Of a stretch of DNA of 64,000 nt, positions 9,706 through 18,775 are shown one piece after another. Positions within the stretch are counted from its first letter, which is position 1. Each line of letters begins with the position of its first letter. Made by a program: the position numbers and the translations under genes. The DNA is from Candidatus Parcubacteria bacterium (GTDB lineage: Bacteria; Patescibacteriota; Patescibacteriia; Patescibacteriales; UBA12465), in NCBI GenBank assembly GCA_023444045.1, contig JAEZRQ010000005.1:101726-165725 (forward strand), read 5' to 3'. The notes beneath the pieces are model-generated. The model worked only from the letters and a program-made list of their open reading frames with translations. It ran no database searches and was not told where the DNA came from.

Positions 9706-9963
9706 ATGAAAAAATTATTTGTCGGCGGATTAGCTTGGGGTACTACTGATCAATCCCTTGCTGCTGCCTTCTCTCAAGCAGGAAGCGTTTTATCTGCAGT
9801 AGTTATCAAGGATAAAATGACTCAACGCTCCAAGGGTTTTGGTTTCGTAGAAATGGCTAATGATGATGAAGCTGATGCTGCCATCGCTATGTGGAACAAT
9901 CAAGAAATTGATGGTCGCCGTGTAGTTGTTAACGAAGCTCGCCCTCTTGAAAAGAGATTCTAA
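9706..9963 (+). CDS. RRM-type (RNP-1/RNP-2) RNA-binding protein
   Basis: RNP-2 KLFVGGL and RNP-1 KGFGFVEM; 85 aa. Confidence 0.9.
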   Translation: MKKLFVGGLAWGTTDQSLAAAFSQAGSVLSAVVIKDKMTQRSKGFGFVEMANDDEADAAIAMWNNQEIDGRRVVVNEARPLEKRF

Positions 9964-10013
9964 CTTTTCAAAAATTCAGTCTAAAAAATTCACTTGAACA
10001 TATAGCTGAAAAC

Positions 10014-10045
10014 AAAAACATCCGCTACTGGCGGATGTTTTTTTA
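10014..10045. terminator. bidirectional intrinsic terminator
   Basis: ACATCCGC (10018-10025), loop TACTG, GCGGATGT (10031-10038), flanked by A-run and T-run. Lies between convergent genes. Confidence 0.8.
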
Positions 10046-10429
10046 TTAGTCTTTTTTATTTTTTTCTTCGTAGGCTTCAATTACTTTTTTTAAGCCTTCC
10101 GAAGCCAGAATGGAGCAGTGAATTTTTTGCTTTGGTAGTCCACCTAAATCCTCAACAATATCTTTCCACTGAAAGTTTTTAGCCTCTTCTAAGGTCATTC
10201 CCTTCACTTTTTCAGTCATAATAGAAGCAGTGGCAATATTAGAAGCACAACCAAAAGACAAAAACTTAATATCTTTAACGCGACCATCTTCTACTTTAAG
10301 AGAAAAACTTAATTGGTCACCACAAACCATGTTACCTACTTCAGCAACCGCATCAGGGTTTTTAACTTCACCAATATTTTTAGGATGAAGAAAATGCTCT
10401 ACTGTCTTTTTAGTATAATTAAGTGACAT
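10046..10429 (-). CDS. iscU: Fe-S cluster scaffold protein IscU/NifU-like
   Basis: Three conserved Cys contexts: VCGD, FGCAS, KIHCS. Confidence 0.9.
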   Translation of the reverse strand: MSLNYTKKTVEHFLHPKNIGEVKNPDAVAEVGNMVCGDQLSFSLKVEDGRVKDIKFLSFGCASNIATASIMTEKVKGMTLEEAKNFQWKDIVEDLGGLPKQKIHCSILASEGLKKVIEAYEEKNKKD

Positions 10430-10437
10430 AATTTTTA

Positions 10438-11592
10438 TTATTTTTTAATCGGCGTAAAACTACGTAAACGAGTAATTGTCTTCTTTAAAGCTTTAACAGT
10501 ATAATCAATCTCCGCTTTAGTGTTAAATTTTCCTAAAGTAAACCTAATATTACTATTTAAATTATCTAAGGTCAAGCCAATTGCTTGTAAAACATAGGAG
10601 GTTTTAAGATTGTGGGCGCTACAAGCAGAACCGGTAGAGACACAAATGCCTTTCATGGATAAATCCATTAAAATTGCCTCTCCCTCAATTCTAGAAAATA
10701 AAATATTAAGATTATTAGGGCTACGGTTTTCTAAGTTTCCATTAAGACTAACCTCTGGAATCTCTTTCTGAATTTCTGACCACAAATAATCTCTTAATTC
10801 TTTTACTAAGGTAATGTGCTGCTCTCTTTCTTGATAAGCCAATTCTAAGGCAGTGGCTAAACCAACTATCCCCGGTAAATTATAAGTTCCGGCCCGTTTG
10901 CCATTTTCCTGTTCCCCGCCAGCGATTAGCGGCTCTATCTTAACCATGGGATTAAGATATGCTAGACCAACGCCTTTGGGTCCATAGAATTTATGAGCAC
11001 TAATACTAGCAAAGTCCAGTCCCAAATCTTTAATATCAATTTTTAAATATGGAATGGCCTGAACAATATCACTATGAAAATAGGCCCCTTTCTCATGAAC
11101 TAACTGGGTAATCTTCTTTAAATCTTGAATGGACCCAATTTCATTATTAACAGCCATTATCGAAACTAAAACCGTGTCTGGTCTAATCATTTTCTCTAAA
11201 GCTTCTAGATCAACTAAACCATCTTGTTTAACTGGAGCTAAGTCCAGCTCAAAACCAAGCTTCAGAAGTTGTCTGGCAGCTTGCAAGACACAAGGGTGTT
11301 CAATCGCTGAAACAATTAGATGCTTCCCTTTATCAGTATTAGCTAGCATCACCCCTTTAATAATCAAATTATTAGCCTCACTGGCCCCACTGGTAAAGAC
11401 TAGCCCTCGGCTAGGACAATTTAATATCTGGGCCACCTTATCACGAGCCGCTTCCAAAACTAAGCTATTACTCTGCCCCATATAATGAATAGAGGAAGCA
11501 TTACCGTATTCTTTGCCTAAATATGGCTTCATTTTAGCTAAAACTCGTGGATCTAAATATGTTGTCGCGGCATTATCTAAATATATTTTCAT
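10438..11592 (-). CDS. nifS: cysteine desulfurase (NifS/IscS type)
   Basis: PLP-lysine motif SISAHKFYGPKG and active-site STGSACS. Confidence 0.92.
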   Translation of the reverse strand: MKIYLDNAATTYLDPRVLAKMKPYLGKEYGNASSIHYMGQSNSLVLEAARDKVAQILNCPSRGLVFTSGASEANNLIIKGVMLANTDKGKHLIVSAIEHPCVLQAARQLLKLGFELDLAPVKQDGLVDLEALEKMIRPDTVLVSIMAVNNEIGSIQDLKKITQLVHEKGAYFHSDIVQAIPYLKIDIKDLGLDFASISAHKFYGPKGVGLAYLNPMVKIEPLIAGGEQENGKRAGTYNLPGIVGLATALELAYQEREQHITLVKELRDYLWSEIQKEIPEVSLNGNLENRSPNNLNILFSRIEGEAILMDLSMKGICVSTGSACSAHNLKTSYVLQAIGLTLDNLNSNIRFTLGKFNTKAEIDYTVKALKKTITRLRSFTPIKK

Positions 11593-11652
11593 AAGCTATT
11601 TAATAATTATAAGCTATTTTATTATAGATGATTTGTTTGTTTTTGGGGAGAG

Positions 11653-11681
11653 TTGACAAAAATTATTAAAAATTGCATAAT
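11653..11681 (+). promoter_or_regulatory. sigma70-like promoter with extended -10
   Basis: TTGACA (11653-11658), 17 nt spacer, TG-n-CATAAT (11674-11681). Confidence 0.6.
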
Positions 11682-11717
11682 ACTCCTATAGTTTTTTAAA
11701 AATAAAAAAATGAAAAA

Positions 11718-12158
11718 ATGGAAAATGGAGAATTAATAAATCTAACAATCGATTATAGTAGAACGTTAGAACAAACTATTGCTGATGGCAATTATAGCTG
11801 GAGAAATAGCAATATTAAAAATGAAAATTTTCCAATTCCTCAAAAAATGATTGGAAAAAAAGTTGATGTTGTAGCTAAAATATTTTATTTCAACCGTAAA
11901 ATTCATTTTAAAACTGCTATCTACGAAATGAAAACAGCTGGTTATCGACCGGCAAATTTAATGGAACTATTGACCCTAAAAATCTTACTACTAAAGTTGC
12001 AACAATTACCAATTGTCGCTCTTGGCTCTGTTTGGAGTTTTAGGAGACACTGTCAACTTTGTCCAAACATAGGTTGTTCTGGACAAGATCTCTTCCTCTC
12101 ATTTTATGAAATAGAATTTGATCCTTATTGGCACTTTCTTGGAATAAAAAATAATTAG
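11718..12158 (+). CDS. hypothetical 146-aa protein
   Basis: Stand-alone ORF with its own promoter and terminator. No recognised motif. Confidence 0.5.
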   Translation: MENGELINLTIDYSRTLEQTIADGNYSWRNSNIKNENFPIPQKMIGKKVDVVAKIFYFNRKIHFKTAIYEMKTAGYRPANLMELLTLKILLLKLQQLPIVALGSVWSFRRHCQLCPNIGCSGQDLFLSFYEIEFDPYWHFLGIKNN

Positions 12159-12170
12159 AAATAAAAAAAG

Positions 12171-12205
12171 AAAAAGACTCTTTTACAATTAAAGAGTCTT
12201 TTTAT
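12171..12205. terminator. bidirectional intrinsic terminator
   Basis: AAAGACTCTTT, loop TACAATT, AAAGAGTCTTT. Lies between convergent genes. Confidence 0.7.
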
Positions 12206-12216
12206 TTATTAGGTGT

Positions 12217-12969
12217 TTATTTAACCAACTCAATGCTCTTTACAACGATATTCTTAGTAGGTAGGTCTCTAGCACCGGTTTCAGTGGCTTCAATTTTCTT
12301 AACCACATCCATTCCTTTAACAACATAACCAAAGTTGGTGTGAGCTCCATCAAGCCAGGGAGTTTCATCTAAAGTCACAATAAAGAACTGGGAACCATTA
12401 GTGCCTGGACCAGCATTAGCCATCGCTAAACTGCCGGCTACTAGTTTGTGGTTATTAATTTCGTCAGCAAAACGATATTCCGGACCACCGGTGCCATAAA
12501 CCATGGTATTATCTTCTTTAGTTAGTGGATCACCGCCTTGAATCATAAAATCTTTAATCACACGATGAAATTTGGTGTTATTATAAAACCCAGACTTTGC
12601 TAAATTCATAAAATTATTCACGGTAATTGGTGACTCGGGGTAAAACTTAACCTCAATATTCCCTTCACTGGTTTTAATAATTGCCCCAGAGTAGTCGGCA
12701 AATAAATCTTGTTGATCCTTTAAAACTCTTTCCATATTAGTTGTGGTGGCTAAGTCAGTAGCAGGTGCGACTGTCTCAGTTTCTTTAATTATATTATTAG
12801 TTATTGGTAAATCTGCTGTTTTCCCTTCCAGTGAAGTTGTTTCAGTAGATAATTGATTATCAGTTTCTAAATAATTATCATCACTAACTATGTTTGTTTT
12901 ATTAGTCCCGCAAGCAGCGAGAGTTAGTGTTAAGGCAAAGATGCCAAGAATAAGAAATCTTTTTTGCAT
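12217..12969 (-). CDS. cyclophilin-type peptidyl-prolyl isomerase, lipoprotein
   Basis: Lipobox LTLAAC after the signal peptide; [15 protein letters not shown] and GTNGSQFFI cyclophilin motifs. Confidence 0.9.
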   Translation of the reverse strand: MQKRFLILGIFALTLTLAACGTNKTNIVSDDNYLETDNQLSTETTSLEGKTADLPITNNIIKETETVAPATDLATTTNMERVLKDQQDLFADYSGAIIKTSEGNIEVKFYPESPITVNNFMNLAKSGFYNNTKFHRVIKDFMIQGGDPLTKEDNTMVYGTGGPEYRFADEINNHKLVAGSLAMANAGPGTNGSQFFIVTLDETPWLDGAHTNFGYVVKGMDVVKKIEATETGARDLPTKNIVVKSIELVK

Positions 12970-12979
12970 AATTTTATAT

Positions 12980-14473
12980 TTATCTTTTTATATATTTTTT
13001 CTTAATATTTTTATCTTCTTCTTCTCTTTTTTCTTCAATTAACTCTTTAGCTTGAGCGCGCAGTTCTGCTAAATTAAAATTTTCTAACTCTCGAGCTCTT
13101 AATAATAGTCCTTCTCTGTTGTTCTTTTCGGGGTCTTCTAGTACTTCAGCTAGGAGCACATCAATCACTGCCCCCATTTTAGGGCTAGGGGCCATCTTTA
13201 ATTCTTTTTGCAGGTCATCGCCATTAATTTTTAGCATTTTAGCAGAAATGGGATCGTTTTGCACTTTTTCCATCATGTACTGCAAATGCTGCAGTTTATA
13301 TGGCAGCGCTTTAGGGGTACCCGATCCAACACGATCAGCCATACGAAGATGAATTAAATCCTGTAAATTTTCCCGACCAACTTTCGCAATCAAGCGGCGT
13401 ACAGAAGCAGCAGTCACTTCGCCAACCTGATAATAGAACATGTGGTTTTTAACTAGATTAACTACTCTTTCTGTATCTTCATTAGAAAACTTCAAACGCT
13501 CCATAATCCGTCTAGTCATCCTTGCCCCAGCGTATTCGTGATTATAAAAAGTAGCGATGCCGTCAATTATCCTTCTGGTTTTTGGTTTAGCAATATCATG
13601 GAGTAAGGCGGCAAAGCGTACTTGCCACTGAGAACTAGGGCAATGTTTTAAGGTTAAAACATTATGTTCATAAACTTGATAAATGTGATGACGGCTTTGT
13701 TTTACCCCAACCCCTTCTTCAAGCTCCGGTAAAATATATTGCAGTAATTTACAATCATGCAATAATCTAATTCCTTCAGCTGGTTTATCTGAAGATAAAA
13801 TCTTAACAAGTTCATCTCTAATTCTCTCTTTGGAAATAAATTTGATACTGCCGGCCAACTTAATAATCGCTCTTTGGGTCTTTGGTTCTAATTCAAAATC
13901 AAGTTGAGAAACGAAACGAATCGCCCGCATCATTCTCAAAGCATCTTCTTTAAAACGAATACTAGGTTCACCAACTGCTCGTAATACTTTCTTGCGAATA
14001 TCTTTTTCCCCACCAAATAAATCAATCAACAAATATGACTGACCCTCAATCTCTATCAGGCGACTACCATCACTTACCTTAGAGCTATCTGCTTCCGGAG
14101 TAAGTGCTAAAGCATTAACAGTGAAGTCACGGCGTTCTAAATCCTTATCAATTTCCGTTTCAAAAACAACCTCATCAGGATGACGATGATTGGAATAGCC
14201 TTGTTCACTACGATAGGTGGTTATTTCTAAGACATCAAGTAAATTATCATTCCCATCTCTAATCGGCAAAATAACGGTGCCAAAGCTATTTTCATATTTA
14301 CCACCAGGAAAAACACCTAGAGACTGCTCTGGTCTGGCGTTGGTGGTTAAATCCCAGTCTTTTGGGATTTTCCCCATCAAAAAATCGCGGACACAGCCGC
14401 CGACAATATAAGCCTCAAAACCAGCTTTTTTTAGCTTTTCTAGCGCTTCTAAGACGTAATTTGGAATAATCAT
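12980..14473 (-). CDS. cca: CCA-adding tRNA nucleotidyltransferase with HD domain
   Basis: [10 protein letters not shown] ... DWDL ... RRDFTVNA head domain; HD-like LHDIAKP downstream. Confidence 0.85.
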   Translation of the reverse strand: MIIPNYVLEALEKLKKAGFEAYIVGGCVRDFLMGKIPKDWDLTTNARPEQSLGVFPGGKYENSFGTVILPIRDGNDNLLDVLEITTYRSEQGYSNHRHPDEVVFETEIDKDLERRDFTVNALALTPEADSSKVSDGSRLIEIEGQSYLLIDLFGGEKDIRKKVLRAVGEPSIRFKEDALRMMRAIRFVSQLDFELEPKTQRAIIKLAGSIKFISKERIRDELVKILSSDKPAEGIRLLHDCKLLQYILPELEEGVGVKQSRHHIYQVYEHNVLTLKHCPSSQWQVRFAALLHDIAKPKTRRIIDGIATFYNHEYAGARMTRRIMERLKFSNEDTERVVNLVKNHMFYYQVGEVTAASVRRLIAKVGRENLQDLIHLRMADRVGSGTPKALPYKLQHLQYMMEKVQNDPISAKMLKINGDDLQKELKMAPSPKMGAVIDVLLAEVLEDPEKNNREGLLLRARELENFNLAELRAQAKELIEEKREEEDKNIKKKYIKR

Positions 14474-14482
14474 AGCCTTATT

Positions 14483-14511
14483 ATTATAACGGGAATAATC
14501 TGCTTAGTAAA
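14483..14511 (-). promoter_or_regulatory. sigma70-like promoter for cca, only 9 nt upstream of the ATG
   Basis: Minus strand TTTACT (14511-14506), 17 nt spacer, TATAAT (14488-14483), then AATAAGGCT, then ATG. Confidence 0.5.
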
Positions 14512-14523
14512 CACCTAAAATAA

Positions 14524-14553
14524 CAAAAAAAGAGGCCCCATCTAGGAGCTTCT
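14524..14553 (-). terminator. intrinsic terminator after hydA
   Basis: Minus-strand AGAAGCUCC / GGGGCCUCU stem (one mismatch, one GU pair) starting 3 nt after the stop, followed by U7. Confidence 0.6.
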
Positions 14554-14556
14554 TTT

Positions 14557-16245
14557 TTATTTCTTCTTTTTAAAACTAGTGTGAAGGACTTTCTTAGCCA
14601 ATCCTTTTTCTTTAATAAAATTAATTGCTTCCATCGCCTCTTTGTTCTCATGAGCTCGTCTAATCTTTTGTGTCTTATCAATGCTATAAAGAGCGGCCGC
14701 TCTTTTAGCCCTGATTTCATTAGAAGCCGGCGCTGGTTGCCCACCGCCACCGATACAGCCTCCGGGACAACTCATCACTTCAACATAATCGTATTTATCT
14801 AGATGATTTAAGGCTCTATCAATATTTCCTAGACCACTAACAACCGCTAACCTAATTTTTTTCTGACCTATTTTGATTATGCTTTCTTTTATTCCTTCTT
14901 GCCCCCTGACTTCCTTAAACTCTAATCTTTGCATTTCTTTCTTTTTTTCTAAATGCCAAACCACACTTCTAAGGGCTGATTCCATTACTCCTCCTGAAGC
15001 ACCATAAATTACCCCCGCTCCACTACCGTTATTCCAGATTAAATCACTGTTACCCGGTTTTAAATTAGCAAAATTAATTCTAGCCTCTTTAATCATCAAC
15101 GTAAATTCACGCGTGGTAATAACGTGATCAACTGGATTTAGACCATTAACTTTTAATTCTGGTCTAGTTGCTTCATATTTTTTAGCGGTACAGGGCATTA
15201 CCGAAACAACAATGATATTTTTTGGATCAAGATTCATTTTTTTAGCCCAGTGAGTTTTTATCACTCCGCCTAAATGAATATGCGGTGACCGAGCTGAAGT
15301 AAGATGAGGAATTAAATCCGGCCGCCTGGTTTCTACATAACGCACCCAAGCCGGACAGCAAGAAGTCATCATCGGAAAAACCGCTTTTTTATTTTCCAGT
15401 CTTTCAATAAATTCTTCTGCTTCGGTAATAGTAGTAATATCCGCTCCTAAATTAACATCAAAAACATAATTAAAGCCTAACTTCTTCAAAGCAGCAATTG
15501 TTCTGCCAGTCATATCTTTATCATACTCTAAACCAAACTCTTCACCAATAGCGGCTCTAATTGAAGGTGCAAATTGAGCAACAACAATTTTTTTAGGGTC
15601 AGCTAAAGCTTTTTTAACTAATGGATAAGAAGGTTTTTCGGAAATAGCATCAACTGGACAAATAACCACACACTGTCCACAAAAAGTACAAGGATTTTTC
15701 GTTGGCACAATCATCTGCTCAGTGCCATGGCCTTTAAGTTGTAAACAATTAAGACGTTGCATTTTATTGCAAGCATCTAAACACAGGCGACAATCAATAC
15801 ACTGAGAAGCATCATTTACAATCGCTGGTGGAAAATTAAGATTATCTCTAGTAATTTTGCGGTCAGGAAAACGATTGATTTTTACTCGGTATTTTTTTAC
15901 TAATGTTAAGAGTGGACAATTAAACCGTAACTTACAAGTGGCGCATTTTTCAACGTGTGAGGCAAAAATTAACTCTAAATTAGTTCGTCTTAAGCGCCTT
16001 ATTTTTGGAGTATCAAGTAGCACTTCCATTTTAGACTCCACTTGAGCTGAACAAGAGGAAACAACCTGACGCTTTCCATTACATATTGTTTCCACTAAGC
16101 AAAGACGACAATTTCCCTTAATCGGAAAATCGGGATGATAGCACAAAGTAGGAATAAAAATTTTATTCCTTCTAGCCACTTCTAAAACCGTCTCCCCTTT
16201 TTGGCAAGAAAATTCCTGATGATTAATTTTAATACTTAAGGCCAT
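14557..16245 (-). CDS. hydA: [FeFe]-hydrogenase catalytic subunit, CpI-like (M3) architecture
   Basis: H-cluster motifs TSCCPAW, MPCTAKKYE and EVMSCPGGCIGGGGQP. N-terminal 2Fe-2S region (CRLCLVE...SSC), HVEKCATCKLRFNC, and two CxxCxxCxxxC ferredoxin motifs. Confidence 0.9.
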   Translation of the reverse strand: MALSIKINHQEFSCQKGETVLEVARRNKIFIPTLCYHPDFPIKGNCRLCLVETICNGKRQVVSSCSAQVESKMEVLLDTPKIRRLRRTNLELIFASHVEKCATCKLRFNCPLLTLVKKYRVKINRFPDRKITRDNLNFPPAIVNDASQCIDCRLCLDACNKMQRLNCLQLKGHGTEQMIVPTKNPCTFCGQCVVICPVDAISEKPSYPLVKKALADPKKIVVAQFAPSIRAAIGEEFGLEYDKDMTGRTIAALKKLGFNYVFDVNLGADITTITEAEEFIERLENKKAVFPMMTSCCPAWVRYVETRRPDLIPHLTSARSPHIHLGGVIKTHWAKKMNLDPKNIIVVSVMPCTAKKYEATRPELKVNGLNPVDHVITTREFTLMIKEARINFANLKPGNSDLIWNNGSGAGVIYGASGGVMESALRSVVWHLEKKKEMQRLEFKEVRGQEGIKESIIKIGQKKIRLAVVSGLGNIDRALNHLDKYDYVEVMSCPGGCIGGGGQPAPASNEIRAKRAAALYSIDKTQKIRRAHENKEAMEAINFIKEKGLAKKVLHTSFKKKK

Positions 16246-16246
16246 T

Positions 16247-16990
16247 TTATTTGTTTACCTTTTTTAAGCTTTGATAAACCTGGTATGAATAAATAATAAG
16301 ATAAGGTGAGGCGATCGCCCAGAAGACATTGATAAGCAAATTAGCAGTAAAAAATCCTAAGGTATTATGATCAAGCCACTCAAGAGGCAGAGAGATAACA
16401 AAGTTAATTAGCATTACGATTACAAATATAAGCAGTAGACGGCCAAAAGTTGGCCACCAATAACCACGAACCAAATCATAACTCCTCTCAGTAGCGGAAA
16501 ATGGTCGCTTATCTTCATCAACTAAAACATATTGAGAAAAACCATAATAAATACCAAAAATTATAGCGGGAATAAATAGAAGGGTTCCCCAGGCAAACAC
16601 TAAAACTAAAAATAGTAAAGAGACCCCTAGAAACTGTTGAAAGTATGGTTTAGCTTTATTAAAATTTTCTTTAGCGGCCGAAAAATTATTTTTTAAGAGT
16701 AAAATACTAGCCACCTTAACTCTAATACCATAGACTATGGCCATATAAAGACTGGCTATAAATAAAAAAACAAACACAATCCCCAAAACTGCATTAGTAT
16801 AGTCTGAGGCTAGATTGTTTAATTCAAAGAACCCGTAAAGACCAAAAAGTAATAGTAAGGCAAACATTGGTATAAAACCAACTAAACCGCGAACAAAAAC
16901 CTCTAAAAATTTAATCAGTTGTTTTCTATATATCACCCAACTGTCTTTAAAAAGATCTCCATAAGCGATAATTTTTTCTGTTTTTTTCAT
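16247..16990 (-). CDS. hypothetical polytopic membrane protein (about 6 TM)
   Basis: 247-aa hydrophobic ORF. Its stop is 1 nt from the hydA start and its start is 19 nt after the nuoF-like stop. Confidence 0.6.
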   Translation of the reverse strand: MKKTEKIIAYGDLFKDSWVIYRKQLIKFLEVFVRGLVGFIPMFALLLLFGLYGFFELNNLASDYTNAVLGIVFVFLFIASLYMAIVYGIRVKVASILLLKNNFSAAKENFNKAKPYFQQFLGVSLLFLVLVFAWGTLLFIPAIIFGIYYGFSQYVLVDEDKRPFSATERSYDLVRGYWWPTFGRLLLIFVIVMLINFVISLPLEWLDHNTLGFFTANLLINVFWAIASPYLIIYSYQVYQSLKKVNK

Positions 16991-17009
16991 AAATTTAAAA
17001 ATAAATTTT

Positions 17010-18038
17010 TTATTTTGATTTCAAAATATTTTGATAATAACTAGAAAGAGGTAAGAAAATACTCTTTCCGTAGGCACAAAAACTAGCTTCTTTTAATAAA
17101 TCAAGGATATCCCAAAATTCTGGAGAATAAAGTTTCTTGTTCTGTGATAGTTCTAAGAGACGATAAGTTCCCTCTCGGCAAGGAGTGCATTTACCACAAG
17201 AATTTTCTTTAAAAAATTTCAATAAGTCACCAACAACCTCTTCTTGCTTATGAAACCAAGGGTAAACAGTAATAGAGCCACTCCCCGAAACTAATTGATT
17301 AAGCTGCCTAGAATTTAAAAACTCACCGCAAATATCACCGCCAATTTGCACAAAAAATTTATACGATGGCCAATTACCAGTTAGTTTTAAAATGTCTTCA
17401 ATCTTCCAGTTAGCTGGCAAATGATAAACACCTGGGCGGGAGAGCTTACCATTAATAGTATAAAATCTCTTATTTTCAAATTTTCCTTTGGTAACTAGGG
17501 CAATATTATAAAAAGTCTCTACATTGTTTACTAAAGTGGGTTGTTGAAATAAACCAGCAAAAACCGGCATTGGCGGCTTTAGTCGCGGCTCCACCCTTCT
17601 CTCTTCAATAATATTTAAGATGGTTGTCTCTTCACCGCTAAGGTAAGACAGGATTTCTGATTTAATCTCCCAAGCCCAGATATTTTTTAAAGCATTAAAG
17701 GCTGGTGTGTGGAGTAAATTATTTATCTTCTTGATAACTGTCCTAGAAAATTTCTTATTAATAAAACAATATATCTTGGCGGTTTTTTTTAAACCAAAAA
17801 AATTGACCCCAGCCATTACTCCCTCAAGAAATAGTTGCGGTTGGGTCTCTAAAATGTAACGATCTTTTGCTACTCCAGGCTCCCCCTCAGCGGCATTAAT
17901 AATTAAATAAAAAGATTGGTATTTCTTTTTATCAAGGGCTTCTTTAACTGCCTGCCATTTAGTGGCCACTGGAAAAGAAGCGCCACCACGGCCAACTAAT
18001 TTTGCTTGTTTAATTTTGACGATTAAGTCAGTTTTCAT
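17010..18038 (-). CDS. NuoF/HydB-like NAD(H)-binding flavoprotein, short form
   Basis: GRGGASFP, NAAEGEPGVAKDR, SGEETTILN, NNVETF, SCGKCTPCREG ... FCAYG (N3-type 4Fe-4S). Only 342 aa. Confidence 0.8.
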   Translation of the reverse strand: MKTDLIVKIKQAKLVGRGGASFPVATKWQAVKEALDKKKYQSFYLIINAAEGEPGVAKDRYILETQPQLFLEGVMAGVNFFGLKKTAKIYCFINKKFSRTVIKKINNLLHTPAFNALKNIWAWEIKSEILSYLSGEETTILNIIEERRVEPRLKPPMPVFAGLFQQPTLVNNVETFYNIALVTKGKFENKRFYTINGKLSRPGVYHLPANWKIEDILKLTGNWPSYKFFVQIGGDICGEFLNSRQLNQLVSGSGSITVYPWFHKQEEVVGDLLKFFKENSCGKCTPCREGTYRLLELSQNKKLYSPEFWDILDLLKEASFCAYGKSIFLPLSSYYQNILKSK

Positions 18039-18041
18039 ATT

Positions 18042-18770
18042 TTATTTAGCAGTCCAGCCACCATCAACATAGAGCACTTCCCCGGTTACATATTTAGATT
18101 CATCACTACCCAAGTAAACGGCCGCACTAGCAATATCAGCCACCTCACCGACATGGCCCATTGGGGTACTGGCTAAAACCATTTGGTTAAAAGAATCATT
18201 TTCTAGAACATCTTTAGTCATCGCCGTGGTAATAAAACCGGGAGCAATAGCATTAACTCTAATGCCGTAAGGCGCAACATCTAAAGCAGCGGCATGAGTT
18301 AACTGTACCACGCCACCCTTAGAAGCACAGTAACAAACTGCACTTGGCAACCCCACCTTACCTAAAATTGAACTCATATTAATAATACTGCCTTTAATAC
18401 CCCTTTCCTTCATTACCTTAGCGGCGGCTCTAGCACCATAAAAAACACCAGATAAATTAATAGCAATCGTTTTATCCCAAGACTCATCAGTAGCATCTAG
18501 AATCCCCCCTAAACCACCAATACCCGCATTATTAACCATTATATCCAAACCATTAAATTTTTCTAAAGCCACTGAAATCAAGTAGTCAACTTCTTCACTC
18601 TTAGAAACATCACACTTTACGTATAAAGCGTTTTCATGATTTACGATAAAAGAATCGTTAATATCTGAATAAACTACCTTAGCCCCTTCAGCTAAATAAC
18701 TATCAGCAATTGCCTTACCAATACCAGAAGCGGCGCCGGTCACAATCGCTACTTTATCTTTCATTCTCAT
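18042..18770 (-). CDS. short-chain dehydrogenase/reductase (classical SDR)
   Basis: TGAASGIGKA, NNAG, and the S...YCASK catalytic triad. Confidence 0.85.
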   Translation of the reverse strand: MRMKDKVAIVTGAASGIGKAIADSYLAEGAKVVYSDINDSFIVNHENALYVKCDVSKSEEVDYLISVALEKFNGLDIMVNNAGIGGLGGILDATDESWDKTIAINLSGVFYGARAAAKVMKERGIKGSIINMSSILGKVGLPSAVCYCASKGGVVQLTHAAALDVAPYGIRVNAIAPGFITTAMTKDVLENDSFNQMVLASTPMGHVGEVADIASAAVYLGSDESKYVTGEVLYVDGGWTAK

Positions 18771-18775
18771 ATTTT

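Noticed and set aside
14484-14750. 88-aa minus-strand ORF overlapping the 3' end of hydA and its terminator
   Set aside because: It is out of frame with a well-supported gene, has K/R/L-rich low-complexity composition, and spans the terminator hairpin.
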